From Phycisphaerae bacterium (GTDB taxonomy: Bacteria > Planctomycetota > Phycisphaerae > Phycisphaerales > SM1A02), in NCBI GenBank assembly GCA_002689385.1, contig NZFX01000015.1, positions 5,847 to 69,846 of the forward strand: a stretch of DNA of 64,000 nt, in the 5' to 3' direction. Shown one piece after another: positions 45,688 to 55,735 of the stretch. The notes beneath the pieces were generated by a model that ran no database searches, was not told where the DNA came from, and saw only the letters and a program-made list of their open reading frames with translations. Both the position numbers and the translations under genes were made by a program. How positions within the stretch are numbered: the stretch's first letter is position 1; every line of letters starts with the position of its first letter.

Positions 45688-46674
45688 CTAAGCGTTTTTC
45701 AGTGGGTCTTTACGGTAGAGCTTCGTGTTTAAGGACCATAAACGGTCAGTAAACGCTTCATTGCCAGCCACTGCCTGTTCCCAAGGCCGGGCGCAATCCA
45801 GCGCCGTTTGTGTATGGGCATCGAGATTATCAAGTTGTGAAACAAATATTGCTTCAGGTGTCGATGGTAACTTCGCTGCACCATGCTCGAGTAATCCATG
45901 ATGACTAAGCACAATGTGTTGCATCACCGTTAGAAAACCGTCAGGCAAAGTTTCGCCAAGATTTTTCTCTGCGACCTTCGCTTTACCTTCAAGCCACATC
46001 GCTCCGCGGGCAATATGCCCAATCAAATTTCCCTCGCGCGTATATTCAAATCCACGGTCCCAGCGAAGCTCTTCCACTTTGCCCATGTCATGAATGAAGA
46101 GTGAAAGCAAGATAATATCGCGATTCAAACGTGGATAGTTCGGCAACATTGCATCAGCAAGTTTCATAAGTTGAAGCGAATGCTCAAGCAGGCCACCTAT
46201 CCATGCATGGTGGATTTGCATCGCGGCAGGCGCAACTTTAAAGTTACGCATCATGTCAGCATCATCAAGGTATGCAGCACCGAGTGCTTTTGCTCCAGGA
46301 TGTTCGAGTGATTGAATGAGTGCCGTTACTTCTGCGAACATTGCTTCAATATTTTTTCGAGTACTTGGCAGCAGTTCTGTCAATTCTTCTGTCGATGGTT
46401 GGTGCATCCAAACATCAGTGATTTTTATTTGCAACTTATCTTGATACATCTCTTGCTCGCCTTCAATTCCAACAAAACCAGTTGATGTAATCTCTGGCAT
46501 AGTTGCTGAGTTGAAACGCCACTTGCGACCTATCGCTTCGCCAGTTGCATCGCGAAGCAGGCATTTAAGAAACGGCTCACCGTTGCGAGTGGTGCCTATT
46601 TGTGGGTTAACAAGGGCGTACACACCATGAACAAACCCCTGCCCTGTCATCTCCGATACTTTTGTTGAACTCAT
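45688..46674 (-). CDS. YhaM-like 3'-5' exoribonuclease / OB-fold plus HD-domain phosphohydrolase
   Basis: N-terminal OB-like region (NGEPFLKCLLRDATGEAIGRKW) plus an HD domain (HHAWIGGLLEHSL...FIHDMGK...LSHHG). Confidence 0.6.
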   Translation of the reverse strand: MSSTKVSEMTGQGFVHGVYALVNPQIGTTRNGEPFLKCLLRDATGEAIGRKWRFNSATMPEITSTGFVGIEGEQEMYQDKLQIKITDVWMHQPSTEELTELLPSTRKNIEAMFAEVTALIQSLEHPGAKALGAAYLDDADMMRNFKVAPAAMQIHHAWIGGLLEHSLQLMKLADAMLPNYPRLNRDIILLSLFIHDMGKVEELRWDRGFEYTREGNLIGHIARGAMWLEGKAKVAEKNLGETLPDGFLTVMQHIVLSHHGLLEHGAAKLPSTPEAIFVSQLDNLDAHTQTALDCARPWEQAVAGNEAFTDRLWSLNTKLYRKDPLKNA

Positions 46675-47552
46675 GCGCGTAGTGTAGCAATCGCACTTGG
46701 TATTCGCTGAAGTAAATCTGTTGCAAGCATACCTGTGTTCCCGTGCTCTGCCGCAAATGAGTCACCCGCTATTGCGTGCGCACGAACGCTAAGAACCGCG
46801 GCATCAAACAAATGTGAAATGCAATCCTTACCGAATTGCACAAGTATGCCAGAAATAATTCCCGTCAGCACATCCCCAGTACCACCGGTTGCGAGGATAA
46901 CACTTCCATTCGATTCTTCTACTGAACGAACGCCATCCGAAATCACTGTAACGTCGCTTTTTAACACCACAATACAACCATATGCTTGGGCAAGCGCTTC
47001 TGCAGCTTCCACTTGATTTTGCGCATCAGCGTGAATACCCATTGCTTCAGCCAATCGGTTGTATTCTCCAACATGCGGCGCCAAAATAGTTGGGGCACGT
47101 AAATCAAGTTGCCCATATGTAAGTTTTGCAAGCGCGTTTAGTCCATCGGCGCCAAGAACAATCGGTCTGTTTTCACGAGAGAGTAATGTCGCAACAAGTT
47201 GTTGCTGTGGCCATTCACTGCCAAAACCAGGGCCTATCGCCAAACACCGGCAATCAGAAACGTGTGCATCAAGTGCTTCGATGCTGGCACTTGGAAGCAA
47301 GCGACCCACTTCGTCAACGGGCAATTCTATGCCCGTTACTGTCGGCGCAAGAAGCAGCCCGTGTTGCAACACTGGTTGGGGCATTGCAAGAATTCCTTTA
47401 CCGCAACCACTTCGTATCGCTGCATTTGCCGCAAGTGCTGGAGCGCCAAGCATAACAACGCCACCTTCGCTTCGCTGCCCACCTATGACACACACACTCC
47501 CAAACGTTCCCTTATGCCCGTCTTCACTGCGAGTTGGCAAAGCAAAATCCAT
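46671..47552 (-). CDS. nnrD: ADP-dependent NAD(P)H-hydrate dehydratase (YjeF C-terminal type carbohydrate kinase fold)
   Basis: HKGTFGSVCVIGG, VLGADGLNAL, ILAPHVGE, GGTGDVLTGIISG. Confidence 0.8.
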   Translation of the reverse strand: MDFALPTRSEDGHKGTFGSVCVIGGQRSEGGVVMLGAPALAANAAIRSGCGKGILAMPQPVLQHGLLLAPTVTGIELPVDEVGRLLPSASIEALDAHVSDCRCLAIGPGFGSEWPQQQLVATLLSRENRPIVLGADGLNALAKLTYGQLDLRAPTILAPHVGEYNRLAEAMGIHADAQNQVEAAEALAQAYGCIVVLKSDVTVISDGVRSVEESNGSVILATGGTGDVLTGIISGILVQFGKDCISHLFDAAVLSVRAHAIAGDSFAAEHGNTGMLATDLLQRIPSAIATLRA

Positions 47553-49024
47553 TATTCGTTTTCAGAGCTATAAATTTCTACTTCAAGATTACCAATGGTT
47601 GTAATAATGCCGCCCATCTCTGCAGCAAAATCTTCATCAGCGAGCGAAGTCGTTACTGTTGCAATATGCCCAACACTAAATGGGGTCTTTAACGTTGCGT
47701 CAAGATCCACCCATGCTCCATCGAGCAATGCTTGTGACCACATGTGCCAGCCAAACACACCGTTTGGTCCGCCAAGGTTCGGTACATACACCATGCCCAT
47801 GACCCCTCGTGAGGGAATATCTGCCGCGCGCAATACTCCGCAAAGCAGTACCGCGTGCTCACTGCAATCGCCTTCTTTTGTGCGCGCAACTTGCGACGCT
47901 GACGCGAATGCAGTCGACATATTTTTTTCATCTATAAATGCGTGTACTTTTGTGCGTAGAGCAAGGGCTTGTTCTTTTTGCGTCGCGCCCTCAGGAAGGG
48001 AATCGAGTGCTTCATGCGCAATTGCGAGCACTGCTTCATCAGAGCCATCGCAAATAGCTGATGGCGCAAGGTACGCGGGGTTAACCTTGTCAAATTTCGT
48101 CGCTTCTAAAGCGAAACTTAAATCAACAACGAGTGTCGCAGATCCATCTTCATTATTCGTCACACGTTGCATGCCCACCGATGGCAACGCTACTTTTGTG
48201 CCATCCTTTGTCGTGATGTTCATCGTCAAACTGGTTGCTTCTTTGGCAATCGGCTCATTTGGTTCAACGAATAAACTCACCATTAGTTCAGGAACTTCGT
48301 TCACTGGTGACAGAGCATCAAACTTAGTCATTATGGAATTTTCAATCGCACCGAACCCTGCATCCACTAAAGACCCGACGTGCAATCCTTCTGTTGTATA
48401 AAACTCCGTGCCTGTAACGGGCATCTTGTCATTCACCGTTTCCCAGGCGGTGACTGTGCGTTCTTCGCCAAGAATAGAGCGTTTTGTTTCACCCGTTTTT
48501 GTCATGACGACTGTAACAACTGAAGGACCAAGTTCTGCAGTCATCGTTTGGTATGTAATCGCCGTTGCGCCACTTGCCATCTTTTCATTAAACATGTTCT
48601 TCACCGATTGCGGGGTAAGCCATGCTTCTTTAGGAAGAGGAACTGTTTTTATTATTGGTTCTCCACCGGCAGCCGTTGTCATTTCCAAAGTTGTTTCGCC
48701 AAAGACCCACGTCGTTTCTTGCACCATGCCCATTGCTTCTTGCAACGATTGAACTGAAATTGGTTTACCGTCTGCTGTTTCTAGAAACGATGAAGAAACT
48801 GTTATGGAAATTTCCATGCCACCTCGCGAAAGTGTCATGTTTTGTTCTTTGCTCGAACGAACGTTTTTGGTCTCTCCGTCGACTTCGACGAGTTCATGCG
48901 CCCAACCAGATTTCTTGCCGTCGATCGTCACGCTGTACCAAATGTCTTCTTGCGTCGTCCAATCTGCAAAGCATGTAGACGAAAGGAAGAGAAGAAAAAA
49001 GAAAAATTTATGCATCAGCTTCAT
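47552..49024 (-). CDS. secreted transglutaminase-like domain protein
   Basis: Signal MKLMHKFFFFLLFLSSTCFA. Transglutaminase core GDCSEHAVLLCGVLRAADIPSR...GWHMW...DAT (Cys-His-Asp). Start taken at ATG 49024, overlapping the lysS 3' end by 17 nt. Confidence 0.75.
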   Translation of the reverse strand: MKLMHKFFFFLLFLSSTCFADWTTQEDIWYSVTIDGKKSGWAHELVEVDGETKNVRSSKEQNMTLSRGGMEISITVSSSFLETADGKPISVQSLQEAMGMVQETTWVFGETTLEMTTAAGGEPIIKTVPLPKEAWLTPQSVKNMFNEKMASGATAITYQTMTAELGPSVVTVVMTKTGETKRSILGEERTVTAWETVNDKMPVTGTEFYTTEGLHVGSLVDAGFGAIENSIMTKFDALSPVNEVPELMVSLFVEPNEPIAKEATSLTMNITTKDGTKVALPSVGMQRVTNNEDGSATLVVDLSFALEATKFDKVNPAYLAPSAICDGSDEAVLAIAHEALDSLPEGATQKEQALALRTKVHAFIDEKNMSTAFASASQVARTKEGDCSEHAVLLCGVLRAADIPSRGVMGMVYVPNLGGPNGVFGWHMWSQALLDGAWVDLDATLKTPFSVGHIATVTTSLADEDFAAEMGGIITTIGNLEVEIYSSENE

Positions 49025-50546
49025 CGGTCTGCTCCTGTGGTCGCATGAGTGGAAAGAGGATGACATCGCGAATCGATTCCATTCCTGTAAGTAACATAAC
49101 TAAGCGGTCAATGCCAAGGCCAAGGCCACCTGCTGGCGGCATTCCTACGCGCAAAGCGTGGATAAAATCATCATCAAGCGATCTAAAGGCGTTCACTTCA
49201 TCGTCCGCGCCTTGCATTTGCTCTGTAAAACGTTGAAGTTGTAAATCTGGGTCATTTAACTCAGTGTATGCATTTGCAATTTCCATATCACCCACGAAAA
49301 GCTCCCAGCGGTGTGAAAGCGTCTCCTCGTTTTCATGTGGACGCGTCAATGGTGAAATAGCACTCGGAAAATCGGTCACAAATGTTGGGCGACTCGGATT
49401 AAGCATTGGCTCTGCATAGCCATCAAACAAATCGCTCACAAGAAGCCAGTGATTTTTGGAATCTGCATCTCCAAACCCAAGTTCTTTTGCTTTTGCTCGA
49501 ATAGCGGCTTCATCGTGCATAGAACAGCCAACCGCCTGCTCGAATACCTCACCGTAGCCAACTCTGTCAAATGGTTTTGCGTAATCTATAACATGATCAC
49601 CAAATTGCATTGAAGAAGCATCACCAACTGCATTTGCCGCTGAACGAATCATTTCTTCCGTTAGTTCAAGCATTGTTTCGCAGTCACCAAATGCTTGGTA
49701 CGACTCGAGCATCGTAAACTCTGGATTATGTTTTCGAGAAACACCTTCGTTGCGAAAATTACGGTTTATCTCAAAAACTTTTCGCATCCCGCCCACGAGC
49801 AGTCGTTTTAGGTACAACTCGGGAGCAATTCGCAAAAACAACGGAATGCCTAACGCATTGTGATGTGTCTCAAATGGTTTCGCAGCAGCACCGCCAGCAA
49901 CCGGTTGCATCATTGGGGTTTCAACTTCTACATACCCTTCGTCGTGCATAAATGAACGAATTGTTGACACAATACGAGAACGCGTTTTAAACGTTTTAAT
50001 CGTATCGTCGCTTGTGTACATGTCTACATACCGCTGCCGGTATCGAAGTTCTGCATCGCTCAAACCATGGAACTTTTCTGGTGGTGGCGCAAGTGATTTG
50101 CATGCGAGACCGAACGAATCGGCCCAGACACAAATTTCTCCCTTATTTGTCATTCCCATCGCACCTTCTGCAACAACGATATCGCCGTAATCAAGTTTGC
50201 TTGCAACCTTGAACTGTTCGATTGGCATCGCCGATTTTGAACAACTGATTTGTAAATCGCCAGAATCATCTCGAATAACAAGGAAGGTCAGTTTACCCAT
50301 AGCACGATGTTGAACGCATCGGCCCGCCACCTTCACGCGGGGGCGAGCATCGTTTTCACTGTTCTCCTTGAATGCGTCATGTGCACTTTGATCGAATACC
50401 GCCCTTGCGTCTTCGAGCGAACTTAGGTTGTCTTCACGGTTTCCCCAAGGGTACACACCGTAATCGTCAATCCAGCGACCCATTTTTGCGCGCCTTGCGG
50501 CAACGAGTTGGGATTCATCTTGTTGTTGTGGTTTGTTGTCTGTCAT
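49008..50546 (-). CDS. lysS: lysyl-tRNA synthetase (class II)
   Basis: OB domain (VKVAGRCVQHRAMGKLTFLVIRDDSGDLQI) and class II motifs (FRNEGVSRKHNPEFTMLE, GGLGLGIDRLVMLLTG). Start moved to ATG 50544-50546 (MTDNKPQQQ). Confidence 0.95.
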   Translation of the reverse strand: MTDNKPQQQDESQLVAARRAKMGRWIDDYGVYPWGNREDNLSSLEDARAVFDQSAHDAFKENSENDARPRVKVAGRCVQHRAMGKLTFLVIRDDSGDLQISCSKSAMPIEQFKVASKLDYGDIVVAEGAMGMTNKGEICVWADSFGLACKSLAPPPEKFHGLSDAELRYRQRYVDMYTSDDTIKTFKTRSRIVSTIRSFMHDEGYVEVETPMMQPVAGGAAAKPFETHHNALGIPLFLRIAPELYLKRLLVGGMRKVFEINRNFRNEGVSRKHNPEFTMLESYQAFGDCETMLELTEEMIRSAANAVGDASSMQFGDHVIDYAKPFDRVGYGEVFEQAVGCSMHDEAAIRAKAKELGFGDADSKNHWLLVSDLFDGYAEPMLNPSRPTFVTDFPSAISPLTRPHENEETLSHRWELFVGDMEIANAYTELNDPDLQLQRFTEQMQGADDEVNAFRSLDDDFIHALRVGMPPAGGLGLGIDRLVMLLTGMESIRDVILFPLMRPQEQTDEADA

Positions 50547-50570
50547 AGTAATGGTAGGATGGTATCTGAT

Positions 50571-51341
50571 ATGAAGGAACAACGCGACAAACAATGGGAT
50601 GGTGTTGCCATTATTACTGGCGCTTCGAGTGGCATCGGGGAAGCGATTGCAAGAAAACTTGCCCCGCATGCAAAAGGGCTTGTCATTTCAGCTCGAAGAT
50701 TTGAGAAAATCAAAACACTTGCTTCAGAACTTGGAAAAAACGTTGTCCCTGTCGAGTGCGATGTGCGAAATCAAACTGACGTAGAGCGAGTTGCTCAAAC
50801 CGCACTCGAAAAGTTTGGACGAATTGATGCAATCATCAACAATGCCGGCATTCTCCCGATGGCCTCAATGACGAAATGCAGAGTAGAAGATTGGGATAAC
50901 ACCATTGATACAAACATCAAAGGAGTGTTATACGGAATCGCTTCGGTTCTGCCCCATATGCTTGAACGCGGAAATGGCCATGTCATCAATATGAGTTCAG
51001 AATCGGGAAGAAGAGTATTCCCTGGTGTTGGCGTCTACTGCGCAACAAAGCATGCCGTTCGCGCAATTAGTGAGGGGCTCCAAACCGATTTAAGTTACCG
51101 AAGCAAAAAAGACGGCAATGCAATCAAAGTCACCACCATTGAGCCAGGCGTTGTTTTAACCAACCTTGCAGAATCTGTCACCTACCAACCTGCAAAAGAA
51201 GCATTGCAAACTATAATGAATGGAGTCGAAGGCGCAATGACACCAGAAAATATTGCAGATTGCATCGTCTATGTTTTACAAACACCACCCCACGTTGAGA
51301 TTGGCGAAATGATTGTTCGCCCTGTAAAGCAAAGTATGTGA
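50571..51341 (+). CDS. short-chain dehydrogenase/reductase (SDR) family oxidoreductase
   Basis: ITGASSGIGEAIARKL (TGxxxGxG), NNAG, and S...YCATKHA (YxxxK). Confidence 0.85.
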   Translation: MKEQRDKQWDGVAIITGASSGIGEAIARKLAPHAKGLVISARRFEKIKTLASELGKNVVPVECDVRNQTDVERVAQTALEKFGRIDAIINNAGILPMASMTKCRVEDWDNTIDTNIKGVLYGIASVLPHMLERGNGHVINMSSESGRRVFPGVGVYCATKHAVRAISEGLQTDLSYRSKKDGNAIKVTTIEPGVVLTNLAESVTYQPAKEALQTIMNGVEGAMTPENIADCIVYVLQTPPHVEIGEMIVRPVKQSM

Positions 51342-51352
51342 ACCCTCTCTTT

Positions 51353-52450
51353 ATGACAAAAATAAAACGAATCGGAATACTGACAGGAGGCGGTGATTGT
51401 CCTGGATTGAACGCTGCAATCAGGGGCATTGGAAAAGCGGCACTCTTCCACAGCGACATCGAGGTTCTCGGAATTCTCGATGGCTATAAGGGGCTCATTG
51501 AAAATCGTGTTATACAACTTGACCTCAACATTCTCTCTGGAATCCTCACACGTGGCGGGACAATACTCGGCACGAATAACAAGTGCTCACCAGAAAATTA
51601 CTACGAAGGCAAAGACGCCAATGGTAAACCAACCTACACGAATGCAGTCGACCGTTGCATGCAAACGGTAGAAGAACACGGCATCGATGTCCTTTTTGTC
51701 ATTGGCGGTGATGGAACATTTACATGCACCAAACCACTTGTCGAAGCAGGGCTGCGTTGCATCGGCGTTCCTAAAACTATCGACAACGACATCCATGGCA
51801 CCGATCTTACGATTGGCTTTACGACTGCAACTCGCATTGGAACCATGGCACTCGACCGTTTACATTCGACTGCAAACAGTCATCACCGAGTCATGGTCTG
51901 CGAACTCATGGGACGAAACGCCGGCTGGCTCACGCTTGCAAGCGGGCTTGCCTCAGGTTCTGATGTAATTCTAATTCCAGAAATTCCATTTACCATGGAT
52001 AAAATCTGCGCCTTTGTTGAAGAAAGAAGAAGTAAACAAAGTGGCTTTTCTATTATTGCCTGTGCAGAAGGTGCACACGCTTTACACGGCGAACCAGTTG
52101 TTTCGCAGCGTGTTAAGGGAAGCCCAGACCCCATTCGACTCGGCGGCATCGGCAGGCAAGTTGCGCATGAAATTGAACGACGCACTGGGATAGAAACCAG
52201 GACCACAACACTCGGGCACATTCAGCGTGGCGGCGAACCCGCAGCGACCGACCGAGTCATTGCAACAACATTTGCTACTGCGGCGTTTGAACGTGCAATC
52301 GAAGGCGAATTTAACATTATGATTGGTTTGCGAGACGGACACATGGAGTCACAAGATATTCTTGAAGCCGCAAATAAACAGCGACTTGTTCCACCCAACC
52401 ATCGTTTTGTTCGTGCAGCCCGCGCTATGCGAACGTGCTTCGGCGATTAA
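51353..52450 (+). CDS. pfk: 6-phosphofructokinase (ATP- or PPi-dependent; specificity not resolvable by eye)
   Basis: IGILTGGGDCPGLNAAIRG, VIGGDGT, GVPKTIDNDI, MGRNAGWL, LGHIQRGG. Confidence 0.9.
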   Translation: MTKIKRIGILTGGGDCPGLNAAIRGIGKAALFHSDIEVLGILDGYKGLIENRVIQLDLNILSGILTRGGTILGTNNKCSPENYYEGKDANGKPTYTNAVDRCMQTVEEHGIDVLFVIGGDGTFTCTKPLVEAGLRCIGVPKTIDNDIHGTDLTIGFTTATRIGTMALDRLHSTANSHHRVMVCELMGRNAGWLTLASGLASGSDVILIPEIPFTMDKICAFVEERRSKQSGFSIIACAEGAHALHGEPVVSQRVKGSPDPIRLGGIGRQVAHEIERRTGIETRTTTLGHIQRGGEPAATDRVIATTFATAAFERAIEGEFNIMIGLRDGHMESQDILEAANKQRLVPPNHRFVRAARAMRTCFGD

Positions 52451-52662
52451 TGCACCCGTTCGTTCGCTTGAATAAAACGCAGGGCTTCTTCTTTTGAAGG
52501 CGCAAACAATGTTGGTTGAATTACTGATGTTTCCTTGCCGAGAAAAATAGTATTGCAACCAAACTCAATACCAATCACGATTGCCTCTAGGCTTTCGCTT
52601 ACAACCCAATCAGCGATTTGCAACGTGTCTTGCGAAACATCTTTGTTGCAATACACGGTCAT
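52447..52662 (-). CDS. small hypothetical protein (71 aa) translationally coupled to plsY
   Basis: ATG 52660-52662 overlaps the plsY stop (ATGA). The track ORF extends to 52743, but that would overlap plsY by 85 nt. No motif recognised. Confidence 0.35.
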   Translation of the reverse strand: MTVYCNKDVSQDTLQIADWVVSESLEAIVIGIEFGCNTIFLGKETSVIQPTLFAPSKEEALRFIQANERVH

Positions 52663-53324
52663 GGCTTTGCTGTTCCAATCAATGGTTCTTCGCCGCGAGC
52701 TATTCTTCCAATGTTTGATCGGTGTTTCCAAAAAACCATACATGTGATTAGCCCTGTCACCGTAAGCAAAGGCCAGGCGTGTTGCAGCGTGGACTGCATT
52801 AGGACAATCGCCACTGCATCTGCAAACAAAACGAACGAAGCCACCAAGCTCGCAAGTGAAATCATTCTAGACCCCTTCACAGTGATGACCCAAGCAAAAA
52901 ATGCAAGTAATACCGGAACTGTTAGTAACGGCCACATTGCAACCATGCCACCGAATGTTGTCGCTACGCCCTTGCCCCCTCCAAATTTTAAGAAAACAGA
53001 ATACATATGTCCAAGCAGCGAAGCGAGCGCAACGCTAATCCATAACAACATTTCAGTTGTGCCTGTGTCTTCAATCGATTGACCGAACACACTTGAAACC
53101 ATTCCAACGACTAAAACAGGTACTGCGCCTTTAAGCACGTCGAGAAAAAAACAAATCAATCCATATTTTTTCCCTAGAACACGTCCAACATTTGTTGCGC
53201 CGATATTTTTCGAACCAAGTTCACGAATATTCACTCCCTTGGTTCTTGCAATAAGTACACCAAAAGGAATACTACCCGCAAGATACGAAAGAACTAATGC
53301 AATTGTCCAGTCAACGCCATTCAT
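52659..53324 (-). CDS. plsY: glycerol-3-phosphate acyltransferase PlsY
   Basis: MNGVDWTIALVLSYLAGSIPFGVLIAR..G.NIRE.GSKNIGATNV.R.LGKKYG...DVLKG...KGGKGVAT... Start at ATG 53322-53324. Confidence 0.9.
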   Translation of the reverse strand: MNGVDWTIALVLSYLAGSIPFGVLIARTKGVNIRELGSKNIGATNVGRVLGKKYGLICFFLDVLKGAVPVLVVGMVSSVFGQSIEDTGTTEMLLWISVALASLLGHMYSVFLKFGGGKGVATTFGGMVAMWPLLTVPVLLAFFAWVITVKGSRMISLASLVASFVLFADAVAIVLMQSTLQHAWPLLTVTGLITCMVFWKHRSNIGRIARGEEPLIGTAKP

Positions 53325-54064
53325 AATGAATATGCTAGCAGGAGAACGAGCAGGGGTCGAACATCGATCAACATCCGTGTGAATGGAGGCCAAAGCAGCG
53401 GAATTGGCAAGAGCAGCATAAATAACAAACCAAAAGGAAAACCTAAACAGAGAAATGCACAAAAGTAAAGCACGCCAGCAAAGCACCAAGTCTTATGGAC
53501 GCCTAATCGAAACGCAAGCGTTGTGCAGCCGGATGCTGCGTCGTATGCACGGTCAACCAAATCGCATAATAAGGCATCCGCACTGCACAGTAAAACAAAA
53601 GCAAGAAATACCCAAGGTGTATTTGAAAAATCATTGAGCACCCAAGCAAAAACTGCAATGGATGAACCCACAGCAATCGGTTTTATGTATGCATTGTTTC
53701 GCAGAGGTTGAATACACGTTTTTCTACCGTACACAACAACACCAAGAATGGCTAAAAGAACCATCCCCGACAAAACGGTTTTTTCTGTTGCAAACACAAG
53801 CGCGGAAACCAGCAGAAGAATCGTTGAAAGTATGCGTAGTTTTTTTGTAAGTGCAATAGCGATTCGGTGCCGTTCCTGCATGGGCTCGACGCAAACAATC
53901 GTTGTTCGGTGATATATATAGATACCAAGGGTAAGTGCCACTACCGCGAGCAAAAGGACAGGATTCTGCTTCTCACCAAGCAATGCGTTCATGAGAGCCA
54001 CTATGCTTGCAACATACAGCCCAGCTGGAATCCCAAGTACTGTCAACCACGCCATCCCATTCAT
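53321..54064 (-). CDS. polytopic membrane protein, possibly UbiA-superfamily-like
   Basis: About 8 hydrophobic helices with one Asp-rich motif CDLVDRAYD. The first NxxxDxxxD motif is not evident. Its stop overlaps the plsY start (ATGA). Start set to ATG 54062-54064 to avoid overlap with purB. Confidence 0.35.
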   Translation of the reverse strand: MNGMAWLTVLGIPAGLYVASIVALMNALLGEKQNPVLLLAVVALTLGIYIYHRTTIVCVEPMQERHRIAIALTKKLRILSTILLLVSALVFATEKTVLSGMVLLAILGVVVYGRKTCIQPLRNNAYIKPIAVGSSIAVFAWVLNDFSNTPWVFLAFVLLCSADALLCDLVDRAYDAASGCTTLAFRLGVHKTWCFAGVLYFCAFLCLGFPFGLLFMLLLPIPLLWPPFTRMLIDVRPLLVLLLAYSL

Positions 54065-54122
54065 TCTATCGGGGCTCGGAGGTGTCAGACACCAAGTAGG
54101 AGGCACAAGGTACAATGTGGGC

Positions 54123-55559
54123 ATGGACGAGCACGCTGGATACCAATCACCACTATCAGGGCGATATGCATCGCCGCAAATGCAAGAAATATGGTCATCA
54201 AGACGAAAAATCGGCACTTGGCGCCGTTTATGGCTGGCACTTGCAGAGTCTGAGCAAGCGCTTGGGCTTGATATCTCGGATGCTCAAATCAATGAACTTC
54301 GAGCGCATCTCGACGATATTGATTTCGATGCCGCGGCAGAATATGAAAAAGAACTACGCCACGATGTTATGGCACATGTCCACACGCTTGGTGATGCTGC
54401 ACCAACTGCACGATCTATTATCCACCTAGGCGCAACAAGCCAGTTCGTGAACTGCAACACCGAAATGTTGCAGTTACGAGACGCAACAAAACTGATAGCA
54501 AATAAATTGGCACATGTCATCTGCAACTTGGGCAACTTCGCAAAAGAGTATCGCGATATACCCACCCTTGGCTTTACGCATTATCAACCAGCACAGCCGA
54601 CAACTGTCGGCAAGCGTGCAACTCTTTGGGCGCAAGACCTTGTGCTCACATTAGAAGAACTTGAATTCCGCCTTGATACTCTGCGATTTCGCGGTGTACG
54701 CGGTGCAACAGGTACTCAAGCATCATTTCTTGATTTATTCGATGGCGACCATGAAAAAGTGCTAACACTTGACGCGATGGTTACTAAAAAAATGGAGTGG
54801 CCAGTGGATAAGCAATTGTCTGTAACTGGCCAAACGTACCCCCGCATCGTTGATGCACAATTACTGTCATCTATTGCTTCAGTTGCAGCGGCAGCGCATA
54901 AGTTTGCAACTGATCTTCGACTCCTTGCAAACCGAGGTGAACTTGAAGAACCGTTTGAAAAGAAACAGATCGGTTCATCAGCGATGGCATACAAACGAAA
55001 CCCAATGCGATGCGAACGTGTTTGTGCGCTCGCTCGATTTGTTATGAACATGCCACCCAACGCACTGCAAACAGCCGCTGTTCAGTGGATGGAACGAACG
55101 CTGGACGATTCCGCCAACCGGCGAATGACCCTTCCAGAATCTTATTTAGCCCTCGACGGCCTATTGGACGTTTTAGGCAATATTACCAATGGGCTAGTCG
55201 TGCATAAGGCGCGCGTTTCTGCCAACCTGCAAAGTGAGATGCCTTTCCTTGCAACCGAACGCCTCATGATGGAAGCCGTCAAAAAAGGTGCCGATCGTCA
55301 AGATGCGCACGAAGTGGTCCGAACACATGCCATCGATGTTGCAAGGCGAATGAAAGAAGAAGGCATCGAAAATAACTTGCTCGAACGCCTCTCTACTGAA
55401 CCAATGTTCAGTGACGTTGACCTTTCCATGGCAACTGATCCAAGCAGTTTTGTGGGGCGTTCTGCTGAACAAGTGGATGCTTTTTGCGAAGAAGTCGTGG
55501 CGCCGATTCGCCAAAACTACAGTGAGCAAAACGTTGAAACTGCCCAACTTCGGGTATAA
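54123..55559 (+). CDS. purB: adenylosuccinate lyase
   Basis: YQSPLSGRYASPQMQEIWSSRRKIGTWRRLWLALAESEQALGL, GATSQFV, and the signature GSSAMAYKRNPMRCE. Confidence 0.95.
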   Translation: MDEHAGYQSPLSGRYASPQMQEIWSSRRKIGTWRRLWLALAESEQALGLDISDAQINELRAHLDDIDFDAAAEYEKELRHDVMAHVHTLGDAAPTARSIIHLGATSQFVNCNTEMLQLRDATKLIANKLAHVICNLGNFAKEYRDIPTLGFTHYQPAQPTTVGKRATLWAQDLVLTLEELEFRLDTLRFRGVRGATGTQASFLDLFDGDHEKVLTLDAMVTKKMEWPVDKQLSVTGQTYPRIVDAQLLSSIASVAAAAHKFATDLRLLANRGELEEPFEKKQIGSSAMAYKRNPMRCERVCALARFVMNMPPNALQTAAVQWMERTLDDSANRRMTLPESYLALDGLLDVLGNITNGLVVHKARVSANLQSEMPFLATERLMMEAVKKGADRQDAHEVVRTHAIDVARRMKEEGIENNLLERLSTEPMFSDVDLSMATDPSSFVGRSAEQVDAFCEEVVAPIRQNYSEQNVETAQLRV

Positions 55560-55735
55560 ATCCTTCATTTTTACCATACAAAACCCTACTTTTTGACATT
55601 TTTATGCAATTAGGGGGTTGCAAAGCACATTCTGCCGATAAACAATGCATTGGACTGCATTAAAGGGCTTTTGTTTGCCCACTTGAATCAACCCACTGGG
55701 CGCAAGCCTAGTACAACGCTTTGGAGGCACTTGAA

